NCBI RefSeq assembly: GCF_034670285.1 | Contig: NZ_JAXMNS010000001.1 | Location: 1 to 46,329, forward strand | Direction of reading: 5' to 3' | Source: Nocardioides sp. | Lineage (GTDB): Bacteria > Actinomycetota > Actinomycetes > Propionibacteriales > Nocardioidaceae | Length of the DNA: 46,329 bases | In this document: piece by piece, positions 18,715 to 28,065 of the stretch | How the letters are laid out: each line of letters starts with the position of its first letter | How positions within the stretch are numbered: position 1 is the first letter of the stretch | Notes under the pieces: generated by a model | Told to the model about the DNA's origin: nothing | Seen by the model: only the letters and a program-made list of their open reading frames with translations | Database searches by the model: none | Position numbers and translations under genes: made by a program

Positions 18715-19587
18715 TCAGGCCCCCAACTTGATCTGCAGAAACAGCGCGCTGATGACGCTATTGGCCGCGAACAGGAGCATGAAGGCGAAGACGACGGTCT
18801 GGTTGACCGCGTCCCCCACGCCCTTCGGGCCACCCTTGGCGTTGAGCCCCAGGTAGCACGCGGTCAGGCCAGCCAGCATGCCGAAGACGGCCGCCTTGAT
18901 CTCTGAGGTGACGAAGTCCTCCAACCCGACGAGCAGAGTGAGGTCGGCGATGTAGAGGCCCGGGGTAGCACCTTGGAGGATGACGGAGAAGACGTAGCCG
19001 CCCACCAAGCCCACCACAGTGACCATGCCGTTCAGCGCGACGCCGACGAGCATGGAGGCCAGTACGCGGGGCACGACCAGCCGCTGGATGGGATCGATGC
19101 CGAGGGTCACCATCGCGTCGATCTCGTCCCGGATCTTGCGTGAGCCCAGGTCCGCGCAGATCGCTGTGGCGCCGGCACCGGCGACGACGAGCACGCTGAC
19201 GATCGGCCCAATCTCTCGTACGACCGCGACCGCCGCACCCGCGCCCGCGAGGTCGACGGCTCCAATCTGGATCAATAGCTGGTTGACCTGGAAGATGATG
19301 ACGACGCAGAAAGGGATCGCGACCAGCAGTGCGGGAGCGAACGACACGGTCGTGATGAACCACGCCTGGGAGACGAACTCGCGGAAGCGGAACTGACGAG
19401 TGAACATCTGCTTGAAGACGTTCCCGACGAACGAGTAGAAGTCGCCGACGGCGGCGAGCACATTGAAGACGGTGCTCGAGCGCAGCGCGTCACGAGCAAT
19501 CTGGCGCGACGCAGGAGTCATGCCGCTGGGCCCTGTGCCGGCGGGGGATTCCTGCGCCGAGGGCACGGCGGGGAGCGTCGTGCTCAT
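18715..19587 (-). CDS. yrbEA: YrbEA/MlaE permease
   Basis: AGAGATAICADLGSRKIRDEIDAM and KGGPKGVGDAVN. Confidence 0.92.
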   Translation of the reverse strand: MSTTLPAVPSAQESPAGTGPSGMTPASRQIARDALRSSTVFNVLAAVGDFYSFVGNVFKQMFTRQFRFREFVSQAWFITTVSFAPALLVAIPFCVVIIFQVNQLLIQIGAVDLAGAGAAVAVVREIGPIVSVLVVAGAGATAICADLGSRKIRDEIDAMVTLGIDPIQRLVVPRVLASMLVGVALNGMVTVVGLVGGYVFSVILQGATPGLYIADLTLLVGLEDFVTSEIKAAVFGMLAGLTACYLGLNAKGGPKGVGDAVNQTVVFAFMLLFAANSVISALFLQIKLGA

Positions 19588-19920
19588 CGTTTCTCATCCA
19601 TGTCCACCGGGACTGCCTGGTAGGGCAGCCGAATCCAATTCGCGTGGTCTTGTTGCGGAGCGGGCTGCGGGCGCCGTGACGCGAAGCGCTCGACGTCGCA
19701 GTCGTTGTGCACCCAGCCCGTTGAGGGGCTGTACGGGAAAGCCATTTCCACGCTCCTCAGGACGCAATGTGTATGTATGTGCATTCAGAAGACAAAAAAC
19801 GCGATCTGATGTGATGCCTATTACAGGACCATCCAGAGCTCAGCGTCTCGTCGGCCGCACCAACCGCCCCCTCCTGTGTTGTACGTTTGCACAGAATTGA
19901 CGTGAGCAGAGGGAGCGCAC

Positions 19921-21165
19921 ATGAGCGGTCAACCGTCCGCGTGGGTACGGCAGTGGGTGAAGGATTTCGTATCCGTTGAAGAGCAGGTCCCCCAGGTGGA
20001 GGCCTGGGTGGCGCGAACAGCCGCGTCTATCATGAGCGCCATCCCAGAACTGGCCAGCAGGCATGACCTGGTCGGCGAAATCGATCGGGGCATCCGCGAG
20101 CACTGGATCGCTTTTTTGCGCGAACTCGATCGAGCAGAAATGCACTTCGAACTGGTCCCGAGCGCTCAACGAATCGCTCACCAGGCGGCGGAGACCTCCC
20201 TTCCGCTGGAGACCCTCGGGCGCGTGTACCGGGTCGCCCAGCGAAGCACGTGGTCCTACGTGACGAGCCTGATGTCAGATGTCCACGGGTCCGAAACGGA
20301 CCGCACCGAACTGATCATCTTCTTGTGGGAGAGAGCCGCTCAGTGGATTGACAGCTCGGTCGACGAATCGGTCCGGATCTATCAAGATGCCCGGCAGCGA
20401 AACGAGATCGGGACGAACGCCTTGCGGTACGAGGTCGTCTCTCAGCTGCTGCAGGGTGACTTGTCGGATGCCGCAAGGGCCTCGGCAGACCTTGGCGGCT
20501 ACGCCATCAGGAGCTTCAACACGGCTCTGATCCTGTCTTCGCAGGAGCACTACGACTACGCCATCGATGCGCTGGAGGAGATCGGCCGCGACCTGGCCCG
20601 GCAGGTCCAAGCCAAGCACCCCCTGGTGGTGCGCCCGGGAGGGCGTCGTGTCTGGGTGTGGCTGGCGACCCAGCATGAGCCCGCCGCTCCCCTACGGTCT
20701 GATCTCGTAGGAAGCCTCGATGAGCGCGCCCGCATTGCTGTTGGGCCAAGCAGGAGGGGGATCTCGGGCTTCGTGGAGTCTCATCACCTCGCGCAGCGGG
20801 TAGCGGAGGTGACCAGCGGTCATGGTCACGGAGTCCTGAACTTCCGAGAGCTTGAGTTGGTCGTCCTCCTGGGCTGCAGCCGAGATGTCGACATGTTCGT
20901 CCGCCGAACCCTCGGCAACCTGGCCGACCCGTCAGCCCACGCGCAACGCCTGCGTGACACCGTGACTTCATTCATCCGGCAGGGCACGAGCATCGATGCA
21001 GCCGCACAAGAACTGGTGGTCCACCGCAATACTGTGCGCTACCGTCTCCAGCAGGCCACCAAGTTGCTCAGAGATGATTTGATCCCGTCAAGTCCCGAGG
21101 TCTCGCTCGCATTGCGTCATTTTGAGGTCTGCCATCACAGCGACTCCGCGGATCTTCAGGCATGA
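19921..21165 (+). CDS. PucR/CdaR-family transcriptional regulator
   Basis: C-terminal HTH AAQELVVHRNTVRYRL; 414 aa; divergent from the mce operon. Confidence 0.88.
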   Translation: MSGQPSAWVRQWVKDFVSVEEQVPQVEAWVARTAASIMSAIPELASRHDLVGEIDRGIREHWIAFLRELDRAEMHFELVPSAQRIAHQAAETSLPLETLGRVYRVAQRSTWSYVTSLMSDVHGSETDRTELIIFLWERAAQWIDSSVDESVRIYQDARQRNEIGTNALRYEVVSQLLQGDLSDAARASADLGGYAIRSFNTALILSSQEHYDYAIDALEEIGRDLARQVQAKHPLVVRPGGRRVWVWLATQHEPAAPLRSDLVGSLDERARIAVGPSRRGISGFVESHHLAQRVAEVTSGHGHGVLNFRELELVVLLGCSRDVDMFVRRTLGNLADPSAHAQRLRDTVTSFIRQGTSIDAAAQELVVHRNTVRYRLQQATKLLRDDLIPSSPEVSLALRHFEVCHHSDSADLQA

Positions 21166-21199
21166 CCCACGACTATTGTCGCCGGCTGCTGATCTGGGT

Positions 21200-21890
21200 G
21201 GTTCTTCGACGCTTCTGAAACATCTGTGGGTGTCCGAGCCGGCCGACCGAGGCGCACGCCGTTGTCCGCCTGAGTTCATGGCTGTGCGTGATATCAGCCG
21301 ATGGCGGTGCCTGCTGGGGCGCTTCAGGGCGAGAACACCGTGATCGAGCGAGTCGATTTCGACGAGGACGCGGAGTTGGTCGTCGTTCAAGTGCGACCCG
21401 CGGCGCGAGAGCATTGACGGTGGCCGCCGGGCCCTGTGGTCGTCGTAGCCTCGGCTACGCTCCCGGTATCGACGTGGACACGGACGGCACCGTCCGGCCC
21501 AGGTCGTCGAGTTGGCGGGAACTGGGCCTGGGCGATATCGGCGCAGACTCGAGGCCACCACCCAGTGAGTCACGTGCCGGATCCGCGGGTTGGCTCGGTC
21601 CACTGGGTGCGTCGCGGCGCCGGCCCCACCTAGGCCATCGACCGACCATGTCGCCTGGCTGGCAATCAAGGCATCGAAGTCCACGGCCGCCGAGCTGCTG
21701 CGGATCGCCCTGCGCACCGTCGGGTCGATCATCACCCCGGTCTATGCCGACATCAACGCCACCCACGACCAAGCGGACGGGCAACGTGCGCGCCAAGACA
21801 CCAAGAGGCGCACGGTACTTGATGTGGAAGAACCCCGAGAACGAGCAGGTCAAACTAACCTGGCTCGCTGCGCCCGGCCCAACGAAAGGA
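21200..21890 (+). mobile_element. Degenerate, internally deleted ISL3-family element
   Basis: ISL3-like end GGTTCTTCG at 21200. Transposase pieces in different frames: MRDISRWRCLLG, ENTVIERVDFDEDAELVVVQVRP, DHVAWLA...LLRIALRTVGSII, GARYLMWKNPEN. The central DDE region was not seen. Confidence 0.75.
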
Positions 21891-21903
21891 GAGCCGATTG
21901 TTC

Positions 21904-23532
21904 TCAGAGATCGATCACGGCGAGATCGCCACGGGCGTGCATGGCCCGTAGAAGCTTCTTGTCGAACTTTCCCACGGAGGTCTTGGGCACCTCGGCGACG
22001 AAACACCACCGCTCGGGGAGCCACCACTTCGCGACCTTGCCCGTGAGGAACTCGCGCAAATGATCTGGCGCGACGGTGGCGCCGTCGCGCGCGACGACCA
22101 CCGCTAGTGGACGCTCCTGCCACTTCTCGTCCGGCACCCCGATCACCGACGCCTCGAGTACGTCGGGATGGCCGGCGAGCAGGAGTTCCAACTCCACCGA
22201 GGAGATCCACTCCCCCCCGGACTTGATCACGTCCTTCGCGCGGTCTGTCAGAGTGACGAAGCTGCGCTCGTCAATGCGCCCGACGTCTCCGGTGCGCAAC
22301 CATCCTCCGTCGAACTTCTCTGCGTCCTCCTCACCGACGTAGGAACCAGTGATCCAGGGACCGCGCACCTGGATCTCGCCGACTGACTCCCCGTCGTGCG
22401 GGACCACGCTGCCTTCGTCGTCCATCAGTCGCAACTCGACACCGGCCACGGGCCGACCCTGAGTCGCCCGCAGCGCCCAATGCTGCTCGGGGTCGAGCGC
22501 CGCGGGCGGCCTCGCGATCGCGGCCAGCGGAGATGTCTCGGTCATCCCCCACGCCTGGACGATGCGCACGCCGTACTTGTTCTCGAACGCCTGCATCAGG
22601 TGGAGCGGCACAGCAGAACCACCACAGGCGACCAATTGCAGAGACGACACGTCATGCTCCGGGTTTGCCTCCAGATAGTTCAGCACGTCGCTCCAGATGG
22701 TCGGGACCGCCCCCGCGATCGTCGGCCGCTCTGCCGAGACCAGCCGAACTATGGGTTCGGCTTGGAGGAACCGGTCCGGCATCAACAAATCCGCGCCAGC
22801 CATGAACGCTGCGTAGACTAGGCCCCACGCGTTGGCGTGAAACATCGGCACGATGGCCAACACACAGTCGTCACCCGTGACGCTCAGACCGTCTGCGGCG
22901 CAGGCCGCCATGGAGTGCAGGTAGGTGGATCGGTGACTGTAGGCGACGCCCTTGGGGTTGCCGGTGGTGCCGGAGGTGTAACACATGGCAGCAGCGGAGA
23001 CCTCGTCGACCTCGGGCCAGTCGAACGTCTCAGGGTGACCGGCGAGAAATTCTTCGTAGCCCAGCACGGTGACCCCATCGCGGCGCAGTGGCGTCAGGTC
23101 GATCTGACCGGTCACGATAACGGTGTGGACACTGGGGATCTGCGGCAGCGCGGGAGCGAGGAGGGGCGCGAGACTGCCGTCAAGTATGACGACCTTGTCC
23201 TCGGCGTGATTTCCGATGTATACGAGTTGCTCCGCAGTCAGCCGGGGGTTCAAAGTGTGCAGCACCGCGCCCATCGACGGAACTGCGCAGTAAGCCTCGA
23301 CGTGTTCCTGGTTGTTCCACATGAACGTGGCCACCCGCTCGTCGCCAGTGACGCCGCAGGAGCGTAAAGCGTGGGCCAACTGTGCGGATCGGCGACCTAC
23401 CTCGGCGAAGCTACCGCTCCTGACGGTCCCGTCGGGCTGCAGGGTTCGCACCCGCGCCGAACCGTGGATGGTTGTTCCGTGACGCACGATCGCGGCCGTG
23501 GTCAGCGGAATGTTCATCATCGTGCTCTGCAT
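21904..23532 (-). CDS. Fatty-acid--CoA ligase (AlkK/DmdB-like adenylate-forming enzyme)
   Basis: YTSGTTGNPKG, WGMTETSP, DRAKDVIKSGGEWISS, PKTSVGKFDK; ATG 23532 follows GAAGGA. Confidence 0.92.
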   Translation of the reverse strand: MQSTMMNIPLTTAAIVRHGTTIHGSARVRTLQPDGTVRSGSFAEVGRRSAQLAHALRSCGVTGDERVATFMWNNQEHVEAYCAVPSMGAVLHTLNPRLTAEQLVYIGNHAEDKVVILDGSLAPLLAPALPQIPSVHTVIVTGQIDLTPLRRDGVTVLGYEEFLAGHPETFDWPEVDEVSAAAMCYTSGTTGNPKGVAYSHRSTYLHSMAACAADGLSVTGDDCVLAIVPMFHANAWGLVYAAFMAGADLLMPDRFLQAEPIVRLVSAERPTIAGAVPTIWSDVLNYLEANPEHDVSSLQLVACGGSAVPLHLMQAFENKYGVRIVQAWGMTETSPLAAIARPPAALDPEQHWALRATQGRPVAGVELRLMDDEGSVVPHDGESVGEIQVRGPWITGSYVGEEDAEKFDGGWLRTGDVGRIDERSFVTLTDRAKDVIKSGGEWISSVELELLLAGHPDVLEASVIGVPDEKWQERPLAVVVARDGATVAPDHLREFLTGKVAKWWLPERWCFVAEVPKTSVGKFDKKLLRAMHARGDLAVIDL

Positions 23533-23618
23533 CGGAGGTCCTTCATGTGAGGTGGAGCGAGCGGAGACGGAAGCATGGGTCAATCAGCGGTGGCAGCGCC
23601 GCCCGAAACGGAGGAGAA

Positions 23619-24821
23619 TCAGTCCGCTGCGATCTGCAGCAGCTCGGCGCGGTCGACTTCGAGACCTTCGGTGATCTTCTGCTTGCTTCGCATGAAGTCG
23701 CGCGGTCGGTTGACGCAGTCGGCTGCGATCAGCCTCTGCTCACGCAGGTAGAAGCAGGTGAAGTCGCGGTCTAGTGTCGGGTCGCCGCTGAGCAGGATCT
23801 CGTCGTACCCGGCGCTCAGGCCGGCGATCTGGAGCTTGAGGTCGTACTGGTCGGACCAGAACCACGGCAGCGCGGCGATGGTCTTCTCCTTGCCGCACAT
23901 CGATGCCGCCGCGGCTTTTGCCTGCTCGCCGGCGCTGGGCACCGACTCCAGCCGGATTCTGCGCCCGTAGCGCGTCATCCAGTGGCTGGTGCAGTCGCCT
24001 GCCGCGACGATGTCGGTGTCGCTGGTGCGGGCGTTGTCGTCGATGACGACGCCGTCATCAACGACAAGGCCTGCGGCCGCGGCTAGCTCGGTGTTCGGCT
24101 CGATCCCCACGCCGATGACCACGAGGTCGGCGCGAAGTCGCTCCCCGCCGGCGAGCTGGACCTCACGGACGCGATCTTCGCCTGTCATGGCCTCGACCAG
24201 GGCGCCGGTGCGGATCGTGACACCCGCCTCGCGGTGGATCCGCTCGTAGAAGGCCGACACCTCTGGCGCCGTGACCCGCATCAGCACCCGCTCGGCGGCT
24301 TCGAGGACGGTGACGTCCAGGCCCAAGGCAAGGAGGGATGCTGCGGTCTCCAGTCCGATGTATCCGCCGCCCACGATCACCGCGTGGCACCCCGGCTGCG
24401 CCGACTCCCTGATCTGTTCCACATCGGCAAACGTGCGCAGGTAATGGACGCCCGGGAGATCGGCTCCCGGGACCGGAAGCAGCCGGGCCCGCCCGCCAGT
24501 GCACAGCGCGAGCTTGTCGTAGGACACGCTGCGACCGTCAGCCATTACGAGCCGGCGCTCTGCTCGCTCGATCGACTCCACGTGAGCATCGAGCAGCTCG
24601 ATCTCCTGCTTCGCGTAGAAGTCCGGCTTGCGGATCGCCAGCTCGCCGATGGCGCTCTTTCCCGACAGGTAGGCCTTCGACAGCGGCGGCCGGTGGTACG
24701 GAAGGACTGCCTCGTCGCCGATGAGGACCACTCGCCCGGACCACCCCTGCTGACGCAAGCCCGCCACCACCTGCGCGCCGGCGTGACTGGCTCCGACGAC
24801 AAGTGCGGTCCCCTGCGTCAT
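23619..24821 (-). CDS. fdr: Ferredoxin reductase
   Basis: VGASHAG, PYHRPPLSK, GGGYIGLE, PWFWSDQY; ATG 24821 overlaps the CYP stop (ATGA). Confidence 0.93.
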   Translation of the reverse strand: MTQGTALVVGASHAGAQVVAGLRQQGWSGRVVLIGDEAVLPYHRPPLSKAYLSGKSAIGELAIRKPDFYAKQEIELLDAHVESIERAERRLVMADGRSVSYDKLALCTGGRARLLPVPGADLPGVHYLRTFADVEQIRESAQPGCHAVIVGGGYIGLETAASLLALGLDVTVLEAAERVLMRVTAPEVSAFYERIHREAGVTIRTGALVEAMTGEDRVREVQLAGGERLRADLVVIGVGIEPNTELAAAAGLVVDDGVVIDDNARTSDTDIVAAGDCTSHWMTRYGRRIRLESVPSAGEQAKAAAASMCGKEKTIAALPWFWSDQYDLKLQIAGLSAGYDEILLSGDPTLDRDFTCFYLREQRLIAADCVNRPRDFMRSKQKITEGLEVDRAELLQIAAD

Positions 24822-26209
24822 GCTGGGGCCTTCGGGGTCAGGCGCACCGTGAGCTTGCTGATTCCTCTGACGAAGTTGGACTGGACGTACTCCGGCTCGT
24901 CGACGACCTCGATCTTCTCGAAGCGGGTCAGCAGTTCCTCCCACAGGATCCGCAGCTGCATCTCGGCCAGGCGGTTGCCCATGCATCGATGCACGCCGAA
25001 GCCGAACGCGATGTGGTTGCGGGCGTTCTTGCGGTCGATGACGAGTTCGTCGGGTCGCTCGAAGACCCGCTCGTCGCGGTTGCCCGAGGCGTACCACATG
25101 ACGAGCTTGTCGCCCTTGCGGATGAACTGTCCGTTGAGGACGATGTCCTTCTTGGCGATCCGGCGCATGTAAGCCAAGGGGGTCTGCCACCGGATGATCT
25201 CCGAGACCATGTTCGGGATGAGGTCGTGGTTCGCCTTCAGTTTCTCGAACTGTTCGGGGAACTGGTTCAGCGCCAGCACGCCGCCACTCATCGAGTTCCG
25301 CGTGGTGTCGTTGCCCCCGACGATGAGCAAGGTCAGGTTGCCCAAGAACTCCATCGGACGGTCGATGAGGTCCTTGGTGTCCTCGTTGCTCTGTAGCATC
25401 GTAATGAGGTCGAAGCCGGGCTCCTCCCCTGCAGCGAGGCGCGCCTTCTTGTCGTGCCACAGCGCGCTGAGACCGCGCGCCATGTCGGCGATGCCGCGGA
25501 AGACCTCGTCGTTGTCCGAAGGCCCTCCGTTCGCCTGCTCCATCGAGCTCGCCAGGTCAGACCATTCGACGAGCTTGTTTCGCTGCTCGTAGGGGAAGTC
25601 GAGCAGCGTGGCCAGCATCCGCGCCGTGAGTTCGATCGAGACCCGATCAACCCAGTTGAAGGGTTGGTCGAGCGGAAGCTCGTCCAACACCTCCTTAACG
25701 CGGGATCGGATCAGGCCTTCCATCTCGCGCAGGTTCTTGGGCGCGACAACTCCCTGCACCGCCGCCCGCTGCAGGTCGTGTCGCGGCGGGTCCATCGCGA
25801 TGAACATGGCCAGGTCCATGAACCGCGGCGGCTCGCCAATGACGATGAAAGGCTCGGCGGAGAAGGCCTCATGGTTCTTGTCGACGGCGATGATGTCGGC
25901 ATGGCGGGTAACCGACCAGAACGGTCCGAAAGGGCTGTTGGCCTGGTAGTGCACGGGTGCCTCGTTGCGCACCCGCTCGAAGTAGGACTGCCACCGGCCC
26001 TGCCGGTACAGAAAGGGGTTGCTCAGGTCGATGTCGGCGAGCTCAACCTCGTCCACCGGAGGGATCGGCTGCTCGACGAACATCTTCTGACCATCGGTCC
26101 GAGTCACCCATCGTCGCGTCTTGTCGTAGAGATGTGCCCCGCGGATCTGCACCTCCATCGGAACGACCGACTTGACCTTCTCACCAATATCTTCTGCAAC
26201 GTTGAACAT
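24818..26209 (-). CDS. cyp153A: CYP153A alkane terminal hydroxylase (cytochrome P450)
   Basis: CYP153 hallmarks MFIAMDPPRHD, LLIVGGNDTTRNS, EIIRWQTPLAYMRR and heme motif FGFGVHRCMG; fdx-cyp-fdr gene order. Confidence 0.95.
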   Translation of the reverse strand: MFNVAEDIGEKVKSVVPMEVQIRGAHLYDKTRRWVTRTDGQKMFVEQPIPPVDEVELADIDLSNPFLYRQGRWQSYFERVRNEAPVHYQANSPFGPFWSVTRHADIIAVDKNHEAFSAEPFIVIGEPPRFMDLAMFIAMDPPRHDLQRAAVQGVVAPKNLREMEGLIRSRVKEVLDELPLDQPFNWVDRVSIELTARMLATLLDFPYEQRNKLVEWSDLASSMEQANGGPSDNDEVFRGIADMARGLSALWHDKKARLAAGEEPGFDLITMLQSNEDTKDLIDRPMEFLGNLTLLIVGGNDTTRNSMSGGVLALNQFPEQFEKLKANHDLIPNMVSEIIRWQTPLAYMRRIAKKDIVLNGQFIRKGDKLVMWYASGNRDERVFERPDELVIDRKNARNHIAFGFGVHRCMGNRLAEMQLRILWEELLTRFEKIEVVDEPEYVQSNFVRGISKLTVRLTPKAPA

Positions 26210-26231
26210 CAACAGTCCACCTTCTCTTCAG

Positions 26232-26552
26232 TCACATCTGGAACTCGGGCAGGTGGACGGTGAGCCCGTCCCAGCCGTCGGACACGTTCATCTGGCACGA
26301 GAGGCGCGAGGTCGGCTGACGCTCGGGATTCATCGACAACATCTCTTCCTCGACGGGGCCGGACCCACCCACCGTGTCGGCCCACTGCGCGTCGACGACC
26401 ACGTGACAGGTGCCGCAGGCGGCCTCGCCACCGCAGTCGCCGTCGATGCCAGGGACCCCGTTGTCTACCGCGACCTGCATGAGCGTCTGGCCGTCTTCGA
26501 GCGGCGCCTCGTGGTTCTCGCCGTCGTACGACACGAAAGTGACAGCTGCCAT
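26232..26552 (-). CDS. fdx: 2Fe-2S ferredoxin (putidaredoxin type)
   Basis: DCGGEAACGTCH...SRLSCQ; ATG 26552 is properly spaced from GAGGAG. Confidence 0.95.
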   Translation of the reverse strand: MAAVTFVSYDGENHEAPLEDGQTLMQVAVDNGVPGIDGDCGGEAACGTCHVVVDAQWADTVGGSGPVEEEMLSMNPERQPTSRLSCQMNVSDGWDGLTVHLPEFQM

Positions 26553-26615
26553 GGTGACCATCTCCTCACTGGAATTGTCCTTCCACTATTGGCCCCGGCC
26601 TTTGCATGTGGCTAT

Positions 26616-26650
26616 GGTCACCAGAGTCATAAGATTGTGATTTCGGGTCA
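26616..26650. promoter_or_regulatory. Candidate AraC-regulator binding repeats upstream of fdx
   Basis: GTCA at 26617, 26626 and 26647 plus GTGA at 26637: two imperfect direct units about 20-21 bp apart. Confidence 0.4.
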
Positions 26651-26661
26651 GGGGTTGATGC

Positions 26662-27684
26662 GTGAGGAACGACGAAGCCGGGGTTCCCCCGTTGGCATTC
26701 GTGCAGCTACTCAATAGCGGTGCGCTGGATGCCGGCTCGGTAGCCCACTTCCGCCGCATCGTCGCCGCTCAGTTCACGTCCGAGATGGAACTGGTCGAAC
26801 GCAACGTGCAGGTCCCCGTGCGGTGGTTCCGCGAGGTCTATCCAGACCTGGCCACCGACAGCGGCACCTCGCTCGGCTTTGCGTTCGCCGAACAGGCACA
26901 GCTGACCTCCTTCGGACCTCTCAGCCTCCCGCTGGTCAGCGCCAGTTCGGTGTCCGAGATCTTCGAACTGCTCGGCTACCTGCCCGTCATCTCAACGGCG
27001 CTGCGCCCCCACTTCCATCACAGCGAGCGTGGACTGACAGTCGGACTGAGCGGTCACACCGGTGATCCCGCCCTCGATTGCCTGGTCATCGCGTACGCCG
27101 GCTCAGCCCTGCTGCGGCTGCTCGACATACTGGCGGGCACCCTCCCCGCAGTGACACTCAATCTGGGCTGGGCGGCACCCCGATCACAGCCGCGACCCGA
27201 AAACACCTTCGGCGCAAGAATTGTTTTCGACTCGCCCGCATCCTTCGTGGACGTTCCCGCCAACATCCTGGGCACGCCTTGCCGGTTCTCCGACCCGGTG
27301 GCCTACCGCTTGGCCATCAACGAGCTGCGGCGCACCCTGGACCGACGCAGCACTCCCAACAGCTTCACCGAACATGTGAGGCGCTTGCTCGAGCAGGACC
27401 CAGGACGCCACCGCGGCTGCGAGGTGGCGAGACTGCTTTCCGTGTCTCCCAGCACCATGAAACGGCGACTGAACGCAGAAGGGACGACGTTTCGTGACGT
27501 CCGTCAGTCGTTGCTACGCGAGCGTGCGATCCTGCGGCTGCTCGACCGCTCGATGTCCGTCAGCCAGATCGCTGCAGACCTCGGCTACGGAGACCTCACG
27601 AACTTCTCACACGCCTTCAAGCGCTGGACCGGGCAGTCCCCCAGCGAGTTCCGGAACGTCGGCGGCCTCGGACGGGACGAGTAA
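26662..27684 (+). CDS. AraC-family regulator, CypR-like (activator of CYP153 operons)
   Basis: C-terminal IAADLGYGDLTNFSHAFKRWTGQSPSEFR; divergent from fdx-cyp153-fdr, as known for Dietzia. Confidence 0.88.
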   Translation: MRNDEAGVPPLAFVQLLNSGALDAGSVAHFRRIVAAQFTSEMELVERNVQVPVRWFREVYPDLATDSGTSLGFAFAEQAQLTSFGPLSLPLVSASSVSEIFELLGYLPVISTALRPHFHHSERGLTVGLSGHTGDPALDCLVIAYAGSALLRLLDILAGTLPAVTLNLGWAAPRSQPRPENTFGARIVFDSPASFVDVPANILGTPCRFSDPVAYRLAINELRRTLDRRSTPNSFTEHVRRLLEQDPGRHRGCEVARLLSVSPSTMKRRLNAEGTTFRDVRQSLLRERAILRLLDRSMSVSQIAADLGYGDLTNFSHAFKRWTGQSPSEFRNVGGLGRDE

Positions 27685-28065
27685 GAGCTGGCAGTGCCAG
27701 TAAATTGGCGGGGATCCGATGATTTGCGCCGTCCCTCCGAGCACACCCGGGGATGATGAGTCCGCACCGCGACGAACCGGCGACTTCGGGGATCGCGGCG
27801 CCGTCCCGGTCCCACTCCAGTCATCTTCCAGTCATCGCGGCCGGCCCCGGTCCAATAGGCGAGGCAGAGGTCGTGGTGTGGCGGAAGGTGAGCACTGTCC
27901 TCCTACGGTCAGAACTTTCTCATTCCACCTCGCGAGGAGCTCATTCAGAACGGTCGCGGCCGCTCACCCGGCTCGTGCTCTTGGAGGGCAGAACTGTCCC
28001 GTCCGGTTGAGGCAGGCTCCGGCCTTGTCCCCCTCCAGCCAGCAGGGCGTCGAAAGTGCCGCCCA

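Noticed and set aside
4637-19587. Cholesterol catabolic (Mce4-type) locus
   Set aside because: No kstD, ksh, hsa or kstR genes in the window; the neighbours point to aliphatic substrates. Not fully excluded.
23619-25460. 613-aa reductase with a long N-terminal extension, or a CYP-reductase fusion
   Set aside because: The extension is an alternative frame of CYP153. The real start at 24821 overlaps the CYP stop codon.
27750-27815. Hammerhead-ribozyme-like string ATGATGAGTC...GACGAAC
   Set aside because: Two core positions deviate (ATGATGA instead of CTGATGA, GAAC instead of GAAA) and the flanking stems are weak.
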